Assembly (NCBI GenBank): GCA_030390025.1
Contig: CM059432.1
Span: forward strand, 8,432,001 to 8,496,000
Source: Squalus acanthias
Taxonomy: Eukaryota
Reading direction: 5' to 3'
DNA: 64,000 nucleotides
This document shows, piece by piece, positions 10,995-24,177 of this stretch. How positions within the stretch are numbered: the stretch's first letter is position 1; every line of letters starts with the position of its first letter. Below the pieces are notes generated by a model. That model was not told where the DNA came from. It saw only the letters and a list, made by a program, of their open reading frames with translations, and made no database searches. The translations under genes and the position numbers were made by a program.

Positions 10995-11320
10995 TTCATA
11001 GAATCGTAGAAACCTACAGCACAGAAGTAGGCCATTCGGCCCGTCGTGCCTGTGCCGGCTCTTTGAAAGAGCCGTCGTGCTCAGTCCCACATCCCCGCTT
11101 TTTGTCCGTAACCCTGTGAGTTCCTCATCCTCCAGAACCCGTCCAACTCCCTTTTACAATTATTGATGGAATCAGCTTCCACCACCTTTTCGGGTCGAGC
11201 GTTCCAGATCCCCGACAACTCAGTGAGTGAAAAAATTTCTCCTCATCTCCCCTCTAGATCTTTTGCCAATGGTTTCAAATCGATGCCTTCTAGTTATTGA
11301 CCCGAGGGAATAGTTTTTCT
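10995..11320 (-). mobile_element. CR1 3' fragment
   Basis: Reverse (TCATAGAA)n tail and CR1 3' sequence. Confidence 0.75.
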
Positions 11321-11734
11321 CCACGGACATTTAAAGCTAATCTATTGACGTGTTCTTCTGAGCAAAGCAGCAACTACTTGAGAAATAGATGCTGACATTG
11401 CACACTTAACTGATACACGCAGTTGCTCTGTCAAGCATTGGCAAGGTACGGGCAGAGGAGTTGACAAGAGGGCAGCTCGCCTTCACTGAACCCTGTGTGC
11501 ATAATTCAGGGGAATACAACACTCCAAAAATCACTTGCACTTCCTCAAACCAGTCAGATAGTGTTTATTGAATTTAAATCAGAGAAAACAGTACCGATCA
11601 GTTAAAAAAAAATACCTGTTTGTGGGTTTTGACAATTGGTTGATTTTCTGAGGCTGGTCTGTGGCAGTATCATTTCATAGAATTCATAGAATCATACAGC
11701 ACGGAAGGAGGCCATTCGGCCCATCGTGTCATCG

Positions 11735-12162
11735 GCCAACACTGCTCCTGCCTCAGCTCATCTGCTGCTGAAACCCTCATTCATGCCTTTGTTACCTCTA
11801 GACTTGACTATTCCAATGCTCTCCTGGCCGGCCTCCCATCTTCCACCCTCCATAGACTTGAGGTCGTCCAAAACTCTGCTGCCCGTATCCTGACTCGCAC
11901 CAAGTCCCGTTCACCCATCACCCCCTGTGGCTCTTGGTCCGGCAATGCCTCGCTTTTAAATTCCTTATCCTTGTTATCAAATTCCTCCATGGCCTCGCCC
12001 CTCCCTATCTCAGTAATCTCTTCCAGCCCTACTACCCACCCGAGATCTCTGCGCTCCTCCAATTCTGGCCTCTTGCGTATCCCCGATATTCATCGCTCCA
12101 CCATTGGCGGCCGTGCCTTCAACTGCCAAGCCCCTAAGCTCTGGAATTCCCTCCCTAAACCT
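11735..12162 (+). mobile_element. L2 LINE 3' fragment
   Basis: Encodes AAETLIHAFVTSRLDYSNALL..VQNSAARIL..GGRAF..APKLWNSLP; matches the 24728-25978 family. Confidence 0.85.
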
Positions 12163-12239
12163 GAAGTATCGCTGGCTGCTTTCCTGTCAAACATAGTGGA
12201 ATAGTTCCCATTACAAACCATTAATTGACAGTAATGACT

Positions 12240-12695
12240 TCATAGGAGTATATAGGATATACAGCACAGAATCAGGCCATTCAGCCCAAGCAGTCTATGC
12301 CGGTGTTTATGCTCCACTCGAGCCTCCTCCCATCTTTCCTCATCTAAATCTATAAGCATAACCTTCCATTCCCTTCTCCCTCGTATGTTTGTCTAGACTC
12401 CCCTTAAATACATCTATACTATTCGCTTCAACCACTCCCTGTGGTAGCGAGTTCCACATTCTCACCACTCTTTGGGTAAAGAAGTTTCTTCTAAATTCCC
12501 TATTTGATTTCTTGGTGACTATCTTATATTGATGGCCTCTAGTTATGCTCTTCCCCACAAGCGGAAACATTCTCTCTGTATCCACTCTATCAAAACCTTT
12601 CATAATTTTAAAGACCTCCATTAGGTCACCCCTCAGCCTTCTCTTTTCAAGAGAAAAGAGACCCAGCCTGTTCATCCTTTCCGGATAGGTGTAAT
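12240..12695 (-). mobile_element. CR1 3' fragment
   Basis: ORF 12340-12675 RLGLFSLEKRRLRGDL..RRNFFTQRVVRMWNSLP. Confidence 0.9.
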
Positions 12696-12985
12696 TTATC
12701 CTTTCCTCATAGGTATATTCATTTGGAGCTATGAGTGGGCAGTAGAGTAGAAGCGACTCCCTGTTGAAGTTCCACAGAGGTTGGGTTAGCTCACCTCAGT
12801 ATTCAACGAGACGGTGGAGAACTTGCCAGTTGGTACATTTCTATTTCTTTCTAACACTCCTTCTAACTAGACACCAGCATGCATCACTATGACACGATCT
12901 ACAAAATTCTAGCCATTCATTCAAGTCTTCTTTGGCAGTAACTATGCAATAATTCCTCATTGCAAACCACAAGAGTGCCATTCTA

Positions 12986-13087
12986 CACCTTTTTTACCTG
13001 CTAATTTACTGCCAGCAATAAGTTTTAGCCAGGAAACGAAAACATATCTACTTATTGCTGGCAGTAAATTAGCAGGTGAAAAAGGTG
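12986..13087. repeat. 38-bp inverted repeat (1 mismatch) with 26-bp spacer
   Basis: CACCTTTTTTACCTGCTAATTTACTGCCAGCAATAAGT (12986-13023) and its reverse complement (13050-13087). Confidence 0.95.
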
Positions 13088-13985
13088 AGTCCTAACCAGT
13101 GATTTATAAAGGTTTAGCACAACTTCCTTGCTTTTGTACTCTATGCCTCTATTAATAAGAACATAAGAACATAAGACGTAGGAGCAGGAGTCGGTCATTT
13201 GGCCCCTCGAGCCTGCTCCGCCATTCAATAAGATCATGGCTGATCTGATCTTGGCCTCAACTCCACTTCCCTGCCAGCTCCCCATAACCCTTGACTCCCT
13301 TACCATTCAAGAATCTGTCTATCTCCACCTTAAATATATTCAATGACCCACCCTCCACAGCTCTCTGGGGAAGAGAATTCCAAAGATTCACGACCCTCTG
13401 AGAGAAAAAATTCCTCCTCATCTCCGTTTTAAATGGGCGACCCCCTTATTCTGAAACTATGCCCCTAGTTCTAGATTCCCCCACGAGGGGAAACATCCTC
13501 TCTGCATCTACCTTGTCAATCCCCGTCAGCATCTTATATGTTTCAATAAGATCACCTCTCATTCTTCTAAACTCCAATAAGTATAGGCCCAATCTGCTGA
13601 ACCTTTCTTCATAAGACAACCCCTTCAACCTAGTGAATCTTCTCTGGACTGCCTCCAATGCAAGTATATCCCTCCTTAAATAAGGAGACCAAAACTGCAC
13701 GTAGCACTCCAGGTGTGGTCTCACCAAAGCCCTGTACAGTTGTAGCAGGACTTCCCTACTTTTATACTCCAACCCCCTTGCAATAAAGGCCAACATTCCA
13801 TTTGCCTTCCTAATTACTTGCTGTACCTGCATGCTAACTTTTTGTGTTTCATGTACAAGGACCCCCAGATCCCTCTGTACCACAGCATTCTGTAGTCTCT
13901 CTCCATTTAAATAATAATTTGCTTTTTTATTTTTCCTACCAAAGTGGATAACCTCACACTTTCCCACATTATACTCCATCTCAAA
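13088..13985 (-). mobile_element. CR1 fragments (short internal piece 13088-13158 plus a 3' ~820-bp copy)
   Basis: ORF 13446-14027 MEYNVGKCEVIHFG..RPHLE..FWSP; reverse tail (AAGAACAT)n at ~13158. Confidence 0.9.
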
Positions 13986-14189
13986 GCCTTTCTCAGCAGC
14001 CTTCGCAACTTGTCCTGTCACCTTCAAGTATTTGTGTCTGATGGTTATGAGATTGGGGATAACAACAGTGATTCTGATATATTCCTTTCAATTAATGTAC
14101 AAATAAAGCATGTCACACCCTAAAAGTTAAAACACTCCACGAAAGATGATATGCTATTGCGCATTAATATTCCGGAGACTAAACATGGG

Positions 14190-17100
14190 GGAGCTATAAA
14201 AAGCATCAAAGATATACAAAGACTGTAATAAGAGGTGTAAAAAGGGAATATGAGAAGAAAACTTGCGAGCTCACAGTAAAAGTTTTCATAAATATATTGA
14301 GAGAAAGAGAGTGGTAAAGGGGAATGTGAGCCCATTAAAGACGGACGCAAGTGAGACTAGAATGGACAATAAGGAAATGGCAGGCTTATTAAATGAATGT
14401 TTTGTATCCTTTTTCACAGTGGAGGAAGAGGACAAAATATTCTCTCTTCTCTTAGGCAGTCCCTCGGAACCGAGGATGACTTGCTTCCACATTAAAAATG
14501 AGTTCTCAGGTGACTGATGAGTCCAATGCGGGACCTACAGTCTCTGTCACAGGTGGGGCAGACGGTGGTTGAAGGGGCGGGTGGGTGGGGTGCTTAGGTT
14601 GACGTGCGCTCCTTGTGCTGCTTGCGCTTGGCTTCCGCTTGCTCCCGGCGAAGAGACTCGAGGTGTTCGGCTCCTTCCCGGATGCGTCTCCTCCACTTTG
14701 TGCGGTCTTGGGCCAGGGATTCCCAGGTGTCAGTGGGGATGTTATACTTTTTCAAGGAGGCTTTGAGGCTATCCTTGAAGCGTTTCCTCTGCCCACCTGG
14801 GGCTCTCTTGCTGTGTTGGAGCTCCGAGTAGAGTGCTTGTTTTGGGAGTCTCGTATCGGGCATGCGGACGATGTGACCCGTCCATCGGAGCTGATCGAGC
14901 GTGGTCAAAGCTTCGATGCTGGGGATGTTGGCCTGAGCGAGAACACTGACGTTGGTGCGCCTATCCTGCCAATGGATTGGCAGGATCTTGCGGAGGCAGC
15001 GTTGGTGGCACCTCTCCAGTGCTTTGAGGTGCCTGCTCTACATGGTCCATGTCTCTGAGGCATACAGCAGGGCGGGTATCACTGCTGCTCTGTAGACCAT
15101 GAGCTTAGTGCCGGGTTTGAGGTCCTGGTCTTCAAACACTCTCTTCCTCAGGTGACCGAAGGCTGCACTGGCACACTGAAGGCGGTGTTGGACTTCGTCG
15201 TCGACGTCTGCCCTTGTTGACAGTCGGCTCCCGAGGTATGGAAAGTGGTCCACGTTGTCCAAGGCCTTGTCGTGGATTTTGATAATCGGGGGGCAGTACT
15301 GTGTGGCAGGGGCAGGTTGGTAGAGGACCTTTGTCTTACGGATGTTTAGTGTAAGGCCCATGCTCTCGTATGCTTCGGTGAAGGTGTTGACGATGGTTTG
15401 GAGTTCGACCTCCGAGTGAGTGCAGACGCAAGCATCATCTGCATACTGTAATTCAATGACAGAGGATGGGATGACCTTGGATCTGGACTGGAGGTGACGG
15501 AGGTTGAACAGTTTCCCGTTTGTTCTGTAAATTAGCTCCACTCCAGCGGGGAGCTTATTGAGGATGAGATGGAGATTGCAGCACGGAAGATTGAGAAGAG
15601 CGTTGGTGCGATGACACAGCCTTGCTTGACCCCGGTCCGTACGTGAATTGGGTCTGTGGTGGAACCGTTGGTCAAGATCACGGTTTGCATGTCGTCGTGA
15701 AGCAGGCGGAGGATGGTGACAAACTTTTGAGGGCAGCCGAATTTGAGGAGGACACTCCATAATCCCTCACGGTTGACAGTGTCGAAGGCCTTTGTGAGAT
15801 CAAAGAAGGCCATGTACAGCGGTTGGTGCTGTTCCCTGCATTTCTCTTGCAATTAACGCGCGGTGAAGATTAAGTATTAGTGTTACAAGGGGACTTAATA
15901 ATAAGTCAAGGGGAGGAATTTTAGTCAAATAAGTTATAAAAATGGTATTGGAGAAAATAATGAAACTTAAGATAGACAAATCTCAAGGATCTGAAGGTTT
16001 CCACCCCAGGGCATTACATAGTAATACATAGTATTCAAAGCACAGAAACAGGCCATTCAGCAGAACAGGTCCATGCTGGTAATTATGCTCCACACGAGCC
16101 TCCTCCCAACCTCGTTCATCTAATCCGATCAACATATCCTTCTATTCCTTTCTCCCTCATGTTTTTACCTAGCTTCCCCTTAAATGCATCTATGCTAGTT
16201 ACCTCAACTACTTTTTGTTGTAGCGAGTTCCACATTCTCACCACTTTCTGGGTAAAGAAGTTTCTCCTAAATTCCCTATTGGATTTATTAGTGACTATCT
16301 TATATTTATGGCCCTTAGTTCTGGTCACCCCTGCAAGTGGAAACGTCTTCTCTACGTCCAACCTATCAAACCCTTTCATGATCTTAATGACCTCTAACCC
16401 TCGGTCTTCTCTTTTCTAAAGAAAACAACCCCAGCCTGTTCAATTTTTTCTGACAGGTATAACCTCCCAGTTCTGGTATAATTATAGCAAATCTTAAAAT
16501 AAATAGGTGTGGAAATTGCAGATGCGTTCGTCGCAGATTTCAAAAGTTCTCTGGATTCAGAAATTGTGCCTTTGGATTAGAAAATTGCAACTCTTGCTCT
16601 GTTATTTAAGAGAGTAGGGAGGGAGAAATTCGGAAACTACAGACCTGTCAGTTTAATGTCAGTTGCCAGCAAGTTACTGGAATCAGAGACAGAGGGACTA
16701 AGCATTTGAGCAAGTTTGAGCTGAGTCTGCATGGCTTTGTGAAGGGTAGATCAGGTCTGTTGAATCTAGTTGAATTATTTGAGGAGGTCACAAACATGGT
16801 GAATTGAGGAATGCCCCTGGATGTTGTCTATATGGACTTCAAGAAGGCATTTGAGAAGGTTCCGCACAAGAGAGTTTTAGCAAAAATGAGAACATATGGA
16901 ATTGGAAGTAACCTTGTGAAACGGGTCAGTTATTGGTTGGGAGGTAGGAGACGGAGAGTAAGGATAAAGGAAACGTTCTCTGATTGGTGATGTGATAAGT
17001 GGTTCGATACTGCGACCTCAGTTTTCACCATATATATATATATATATTAATGACTTGGATGAAGGAAAAGAGAGTTGTATATCAAAGTTTGCAGATGACA

Positions 17101-18280
17101 CTAAGTTAGGAGGCACTGTAAGTTTTTTTTTATTCATTCATGGGATGTGGACGTCGCTGGCAAGGCCAGCATTTATTGCCCATCCCTAATTGCCCTTGAG
17201 ACGGTGGTGGTGAACCGCTGCAGTCTGTGTGGTGAAGGTACTCCCACAGTGCTGTTAGGGAGGGAGTTCCAGGATTTTGACCCAGCGACGATGAAGGAAC
17301 GGTCGATATACTTCCAAGTCAGGATGGTGTGTGACTTGGAGGGGAACTTGGAGGTGATGGTGTTCCCATGCGCCTGCTGCCCTTGTCCTTCTAGGTGGTA
17401 GAGGTCGCGGGTTTGGGAGGTGCTGCCGAAGGAGCCTTGGCGAGATGTGTAGATGGGAGTAGGAAGGAACATCGGCAGATTAACTGTGGGCGAAACTATG
17501 GCAGATGGAGTTCAATGTGAGGAAGTGTGAGGTCATCCACTTTGCACCTGAGAAAGACACATCAAAATATGTTCCTAATGGTGAGAGACTAGAAGCTGTG
17601 GACGAGTAAAAAGATTTAGGTGTCAATGTACACAAAAAGTTATCAAAAGGCTAATTGAATGTTGGTCTTTATCTCAATGGGGTTGGAATTTAAAAGTGAG
17701 GAAGTGATGCTTCAGAGCCTTGGTCAAACCCCATGTGGAGCACGACATTCAGCTTTGGGCATCGCACCTCAGGAAATATATATTGGCCTTGGTAGAGGTA
17801 CAGTGCAGATAGATTCACCAGAATGATACCAGGGCTTAGAGAGTTAAATTATGGGGACAGGTTGCAGAAACTTGTCTTGTATTCCCTTGAGTTTAGACAG
17901 TTGAGGGGTGATCTAATTGAGGTGTTTAAAATGATAAAGGGATTCGATAGGGTAGATAGAGAGAAGCCATTTCCTTTAGTGGGGGAATCCAGAGCATTAG
18001 GGCATAATCTCAAAATTAGAGCTAGGCCGTTCAGGGGTGATGTCAGGAAGCACTTCTTCACACAAAAGGTAGTGGGAATCTGGAACTCGTTCACCCAAAG
18101 GGCAGTATATATTGGGTCAATTGAAATTTTCAAGACTGATATCAATAGATTGTTGTTAGGTAAGGGTATCAAGCTGTATTGAACAAGGGAAATGAAACAG
18201 AGTTGAGGTATAGATCAGCCATTATCTAATTGAACGGCGAATCGGCCTCGAGGAGCTGAACGGCCTACTCTTGTTCCTAT
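14190..18280 (+). mobile_element. Old degenerate CR1 ORF2, host to nested RTE (14443-15870), CR1 (16015-16495, -) and LINE 3' (17123-17445, -) insertions
   Basis: Colinear remnants KSFHKYIERKR, NYRPVSL, MDFKKAF, YINDLD..KFADDTKLGG and LEFRQLRGDLIEVFK, ending in a CR1 tail. Confidence 0.8.
14443..15870 (-). mobile_element. RTE-clade LINE, 5'-truncated (RT + C-terminus)
   Basis: QEKCREQ..FFDLTKAFDTV, GVKQGCVIAP, ELQYADD, FPYLGS, LRWTGHIVRM..PKQALY; short 3'UTR with an (AGA)n-like tail. Confidence 0.95.
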
Positions 18281-20021
18281 GGCCGCGATTTTCCCTACCT
18301 CGGCGGGTCCGTGGTGGGCGAGGTCGGTGGCGGGTCCCGGCCCCGCTGCTGGCTCCAGCCCGCTGTGTAGAACGAATTTACATTGATTGGGCTTGTTAAG
18401 CCCACCCAGCAAGTTTCCCGGCCAATTGAAGGAAGCGGGTCTGATGACGTCATTTATGACGCGTCATCAGCCATTTTACTTAAAGGGACTGTGCGCAAAT
18501 TTACTTTGACATTTGTGCTGTCAGTGTTCTACAGCATTGAGGTGCTGCAAACACTGACAAGCACTGCACAAAGGTGCACGGCCGCACCCAGGCTCTCCCA
18601 TGACTCCCTCCATATACTTATGGAGGGAGTCACAGCATGCAGGGAGGTTCTCTTCCCTTCCCATGGGCGGAAGAGACCTCCCCAGGAGACCAACGCAGCC
18701 TGGTTGCACATTGCACAGGAGGGCACAACCAGGGATGTCATCAGGAGGACCAGGCTGCAGTGGTGCAAACCTTTCAATGATCTCAGTAGATCACGAAACG
18801 TTACTGCAAAGCCACACTCAACCTCATCCTGCTCTGCCACTCATCACATCCCCATCACTCTGCCTTCCCTACCCTACTCCTGCACATCCTTACTCACACC
18901 AACTTACCTTGCACCTCCACCCATCCCTCTCTATCTACATTATCACTTCTCCATCTCACTAGCCACCCCTCACACTCACCCTCACCCTAGTCCAATCATA
19001 CCAACTAACAACACACAAGAGTAGGCACTTGGGTGTTTTAGCCAATGTTCATGTGAAGTTTCTGTTAATGTGCTGTCAAACATTGAAATCTTTATTTTCA
19101 AAATTTTGCGTTCTTGGACAGAATTGTGTGCACCTTTGGAAGTGGCTTAGTGAGTTGCAGTGAATGGTGAGACATAACGGTAACCCCGCAATGGTGATGA
19201 GTGTGAAAGGAATTGGGCATTGTAGGGATGCTTTATGGTGTTGGTGTGGGGTGGTGCCAACCTGGTGCATCATGTGTCAGCCAGGGCGTGCAGCATCAAG
19301 TGAAGTAAATGTTGCCATGGTGAGGCCATCCTGGACGTCCCGGGCAGCAATGTGGTTGGGTGCTGATGCCCTGTGTCCTGTGCAGCATCAGATGATTGTG
19401 GAGAAGGTTGGTGTGGTTGTTGGTGCTGTTGGTGTGCCTGATGCTGCTGGTGTTGGGGCTGATCGTGATCAGATTCTGAGGACCAAGGTGAGAGAGTATA
19501 AACCGTACCGATGCTGATGGAATATATGGCAGGTGAACTTGAGATGACAGAAGCAAATCTGTCAATGGTGAGAGAGGTTGTTCCAGTGAGGTGACACTGG
19601 ATAGAGAGTTTGCTCCAAACACTTGCAACCTGCATAAAGCTCAATCTGTCTTCCAAATGCAGTAAGCAACAGCTTCTGAGCTTGGAAAGTAAACAGCTCT
19701 GGGATGGGAGCTTTTATAGAACATTTCAAGCTGTCAACTAATGAGATGATTCCATGGTCATAGAACTCCCAACCTGTTGACCTGACGTGATCCGTGATCC
19801 CCGAGCAGCGTGGACCCCATTGGTGAGCTGGTAAATTCTAAAGGTGAGCTCAAAATTGTTGTTAATTCTCTGTTAACAAGGTCATAATGACCTGAATTGC
19901 CTCCTCCGCCATTGCGTGTCGGGTCTGCTCAGCGCTGACAGGCCCGACACTTGGTAAAGGCGCTTTCCCACCTGACCCGCCACCAATTGTGCCCACAAAG
20001 ACCCCCCGGGAAATTCGCCCC
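18281..20021 (+). mobile_element. Non-autonomous Harbinger element with Myb/SANT remnant (~18570-18800, +)
   Basis: TIR GGCCGCGATTTTCC / GGGAAATTCGCCCC; 3-bp TSD TAT. Peptide APRLSHDSLHILMEGV..REVLFP..AWLHIAQE..WCKPFNDL. Confidence 0.8.
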
Positions 20022-20871
20022 TATGTTCCTATATGCTGGATGATCTGTGAAGACATGTGTGGGACAAATATTCTATAGATATACAACCAAGCTGGGTCAT
20101 TATATTATTCAGGGGCCCTTGATTTACTCTCTAAGATGTACCTGAACCACTTTAAGTCCAACAACTGTAGCTGATACATCACCACAGTCCTACCACATGC
20201 CACCACTAGCACCATGAGCAACGAGCACCATCTTGAGCACAAACTATACCATCATCTCCTCTTAATGTGAGAAGGTGTTAAAAAGACGCAACCCCGAGGC
20301 TCGCACGTATGGTCGAATCAGAAGAGCTAATTGCACAGGAAAATAACACATTGCAAAAGGACCACAGGGCTACGACTTTCAGGAAAAGAATCCTTATTGC
20401 ATGAAGTAGATATGGAGACAGGCATCAGAGATCTATAATCTTCAATGCAGCATTGACTTGTACACAACCTTGCACAGTGATATGGCCATACTTATGAGAA
20501 CATTATTTAAAACACTTGGCAGATTGCTTATGAGCAAACTATTGACGCTTATTATATCAGGTTTCTCTTAAACAAGACTCAAAGTTTGAAGATCTAAATA
20601 ATTGTCCCATTAACTTGGTTGCATACTGGATGAAAAGTCAGTATTTGAAATAGAGAATTAACAAACTGATAATGAGGGGGGAATTTTAATCCCCAAAAAC
20701 GGGAGGGCTGGGGTCGGGTGGGAGGTTAAAGTATTAAAAATCTGAATCCCGACCAGAACCTGCCTCCAACCCGCCCACTTCCAGTTTTAACGGAGGCGGG
20801 ATGGGGGGCGGGCAGCCAATCAGCTGCCAGGAGGCAGGTCACGCATTTAAATATTATAATGAGGCTTCCTC

Positions 20872-21147
20872 ATGGTGAACCACCATTTCAAATTTTGTTT
20901 CTTAACCTGTCCTATTACCATCTCGTCTTGCCTTGAGCATCTCTTCATGTCTCTACTTACCATAGACCACCCCTTTTGTTCTTTTATTCCTCCCCCCAGC
21001 CTCCCACTTGCTTTTTTATCTGTTTCATTTCCTGCTTTTTTCTCAGTTCTGACGAAGGGTCTTCGACCTGAAACGTTAACTCTGTTTCTCTCTCCACGGA
21101 TGTTGCCTGGCCTGCTGAGTTTTTCCAGCGTTTTCTGTTGTTATTTC
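20872..21147 (+). mobile_element. Second Penelope-like pLTR fragment
   Basis: Pyrimidine-rich 3'UTR-like tract followed by a hammerhead motif; unrelated in sequence to the 3827 family. Confidence 0.6.
21045..21081 (+). ncRNA. Minimal type I hammerhead ribozyme motif, second family
   Basis: AGUU-CUGACGA-A-GGGUC-uuc-GACCU-GAAA-CG-UU-AACU: helix I AGUU/AACU, helix II 5 bp (one G-U), palindromic ACGU helix III. Confidence 0.7.
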
Positions 21148-22469
21148 AATTTGACTCTGGCTGGTCGGGTTTCCCGGGCCTCGGGGAACTCGCCAGCTAA
21201 TGGAAGGCGAGGACTGCTGGATTCGGAAAGTGTAAAGTGCCTTTACACTTTCCTCCTGAATCCAGCGTGTCTGCCTCATCTACCCCCCCACCGTGATCAG
21301 ACACCCTTCCCCCGAGGCCTCCAATCTCCACCCACCCCCCCCTCCAACACCCGACTTTCCCTCCCAGGCCTCTGATCACCCCCACGGGGCCTCTGATTAC
21401 CCTCGACCTTCTCCCCCAGGCCTCCGATCCCCGCCTTCCCGGCCTCCCCCCTCCAGCCCTGATGCTCCTCTGGCCCCAATCCTCACCCCCTCCCCCGATT
21501 TCCTCCCTGGCCCCGATCCTCTAGCCCCGATCCTCCCCCCCCCCCCTCCCCCAATGCTCCTCCGGCCTCGATCCTCCCCACCCACCACCGATCCTCCTTC
21601 GGCCCCCGATCCTCCTCCAGCCCCTGACCACCACCCACCTGATCCGTCCCTCCCTCCTCTCTGCGGCCTATTGCCTCGGGCCTACCCGCCCGCAGCCAGT
21701 CAGCCTCTCCATCTGGCTGGCTGCAGGCGAGAAACAGAGCTTTGAAATGCGAATCAGGCCCTGCCGTTAAATTCGGCATTGCCTGCGGGAAACCCATTCT
21801 CCAGGGTTTTCCTTCGCCCCCCGCCCGCCCCCCCACCACCCCCCCCACCAGCCCCCTGGTCCCGACCCACCTCCAGATTAAAATTCCAGTCTGAGCTCCT
21901 TTATTCTTCACCACCTTGTGATACAAGGATTTATAAATCCTGCATCTGAAAAAGTAGTTTGAGAGGATAAATCAGGCCTCAGTCGAATCTCACTACAAAT
22001 CGAGTCACGTATAATGCTGAAGTGTACTGTTAATCCCAGAGTAGGTCTTGGACAGGTTTCATAACAGGGCAGCTTGCACTTAATGACAGATCAAGACCTG
22101 GGGCCGACTTTGTCCTATCTTCATTAGCTTCTAGCAGAGGCAAAGAGTAATTATAAAGATAGTTGCTTCTCACTTACAAAGCAAGCGCACTTTCCAAAGC
22201 TGGTAATGTTGTTTCATTAAGGGAATTTAAGTGAGCGAGCAAAGAGAGTTTGTAAACCGCAACAACAGTGAACACTTCAAGACAATCTTTCACATCGTGA
22301 ACATTTTTCTTTGTTTTTTTTTAAAAATAGCAGGTTAACCCATTGACTACTGAAATGGAACACTCGCATGTTAAGCGTCTGCTTAATAAAGATGTCTTCA
22401 GGTTTCAGGGCCATGTACGTTCGCTGAATTTGAATTTTGCTTGTATTGCCATTTTACTACCTTTATATT

Positions 22470-23362
22470 GGCCCAAATCTTGCTGGAAAAGTAACGGCGG
22501 GTTCACGGCGCTACGCCGTTATTAGTGCGCAAAATCGGCCAGCAAGTTTACACGTAGAAGAGATTCGCCGTGAGCTGCGAATCGCCATAACTTGCTAGTC
22601 GATTTACGCTGATTGTCTTGCGCAAAGGGCCGCTCACACTCCACCTCCCCCGTTATTTTTAAGAACTCACTGGGTTTTCCCATTAAACTCGCCGCAGAAA
22701 GTTTGAGCTGGGACTTAACAGCTTTAATACCCTATTAACGACGTGATAATTGTTAATGCAATGCCGATCAACCTCTCCGGCCCAGAAAGTGAACAATTTA
22801 AACCGCGGAGTCTCATTCCTGCAGGTAGTAAATTCTTCTAAGAGATTTAAAAAATTTGACACTTTAAATTTTGTTTTTAATTCTTACTTTTCCTTCCTGT
22901 CCCTTTTTTTTCCTCTCTATCTTAATCCAATATTTCTTTCCCTCTCTTTATTTCTCTTTCTGTACCTAATTTGACTCTAATTCATCCTATTTCCCTTTCT
23001 GTCGTCCTCTGTTTCTTTCTCAATCCTTAAATCTCATTGTTTAAAAATGAGAAGTCGCACAACACCAGGTTATAGTCCAACAGTTTTATTTGAAATCACA
23101 AGCTTTCGGAGCTGCTGCTCCTTCGTCGGGTGAAGAGAAGAGATACAGAATCGCCAAAGCATATATAGATAGAGAACAATGCATGTGTACCTCATTGTTT
23201 AAGGAGCTTGACTGCTGGTCCCGTCGTTCACTAAGGTCCCAGATACCCCATTAGCACTTCCACCAATTTTCAGGGCAAAACGTTTTCAAGCTGAAGGGTG
23301 CAGGAAAAAGTCTAATTAATGGCACTTGCCACGAGACGCCCCACTCCAGCAGGATCTGAGCC
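22470..23362. mobile_element. Harbinger-type MITE
   Basis: TIR GGCCCAAATCTTGCTGG / CCAGCAGGATCTGAGCC; TSD ATT. Related to 49264-50017. Confidence 0.75.
23045..23190 (-). mobile_element. Penelope-like single pLTR fragment
   Basis: Same sequence as the palindrome arms. 12-bp TSD CTCATTGTTTAA (23033-23044 / 23191-23202). Hammerhead core mutated (CCGACGA). Confidence 0.85.
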
Positions 23363-23494
23363 ATTAACTAATGTTCATTCCCCTTGTGGCCTGTAACCGT
23401 ACCTCACTGAGAAGTCTCTGGGAATGCTACAGAATATCTGGACATTAAGAGGTGCATTGGAGGTAAACATTCCTCCAATTTTCCCTCCCTCTAA

Positions 23495-24177
23495 GAAAAT
23501 CCAAGGAGTAATTCAGGAGAAACTTCTTTACCCAGAGAGTGGTGAGAATGTGGAACTCGCCACCACATGGAGTGGTTTGAGGCAAGTAGCATAGATGGAT
23601 TTAAGCAGAAGCTAGATAAACACATGAGGGAGCAAGGAATAGAAGGATATGCTGATAGGGTGAGATGAAGTAGGGTGGGAGGAGGCTCGTGAGGAGCACA
23701 ATGGCCTGTTTCTGTGCTGCAAATTCTTTGTAATTTTATGTAATTATTTAACCCTGAGTGACCATCTTCAGAATCCAATCCAAAATGTACATAATGTCAA
23801 AAAAACTTTAGTCAGTCCTGTCATATCATAATATTACAACATTGCTTGGTCAGTTTAGGTCATCCAAAACACGAAGAAGCCTAATGTATATTTTTGATCT
23901 TCACAAAACAGTAGCAAATTGCTGGGCTCTATTACTGGTATGTGCTGAGGGAGCTGATCTTGGCTGTCCATAAGAACATAAGAACATAAGAATTAGGAGC
24001 AGGAGGAGGCCATTTGGCCCTTCGAGCCTGCTCCGCCATTCAATAAGATCATGGCTGATCTTCTACCTCATCTCCACTTCCTGCACTATCCCCATATCCC
24101 TTGATTCCCTTAATATTCAAAAATCTCTCGATCTCTGTCTGAATATACTCAACGACTGAGCCTCCACAGCCCTCTGA
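23495..24177. mobile_element. Two CR1 3' fragments (23495-23740 +; 23970-24177 -)
   Basis: CR1 3' consensus and octamer tails. Confidence 0.75.

Larger units (their letters stand above)
20676..21891. mobile_element. Harbinger-type MITE
   Basis: TIR GGAATTTTAATC at both ends; 3-bp TSD TGA; C-rich interior. Interrupted at ~20872-21147. Confidence 0.75.

Noticed and set aside
14514..14535. CTGATGAGTCC...GGAC resembling a hammerhead core (also at ~28331)
   Set aside because: No following GAAA; it is the antisense of RTE codons for RIGLISH.
21293..21745. Proline-rich 150-aa ORF
   Set aside because: Low-complexity C-rich MITE interior.
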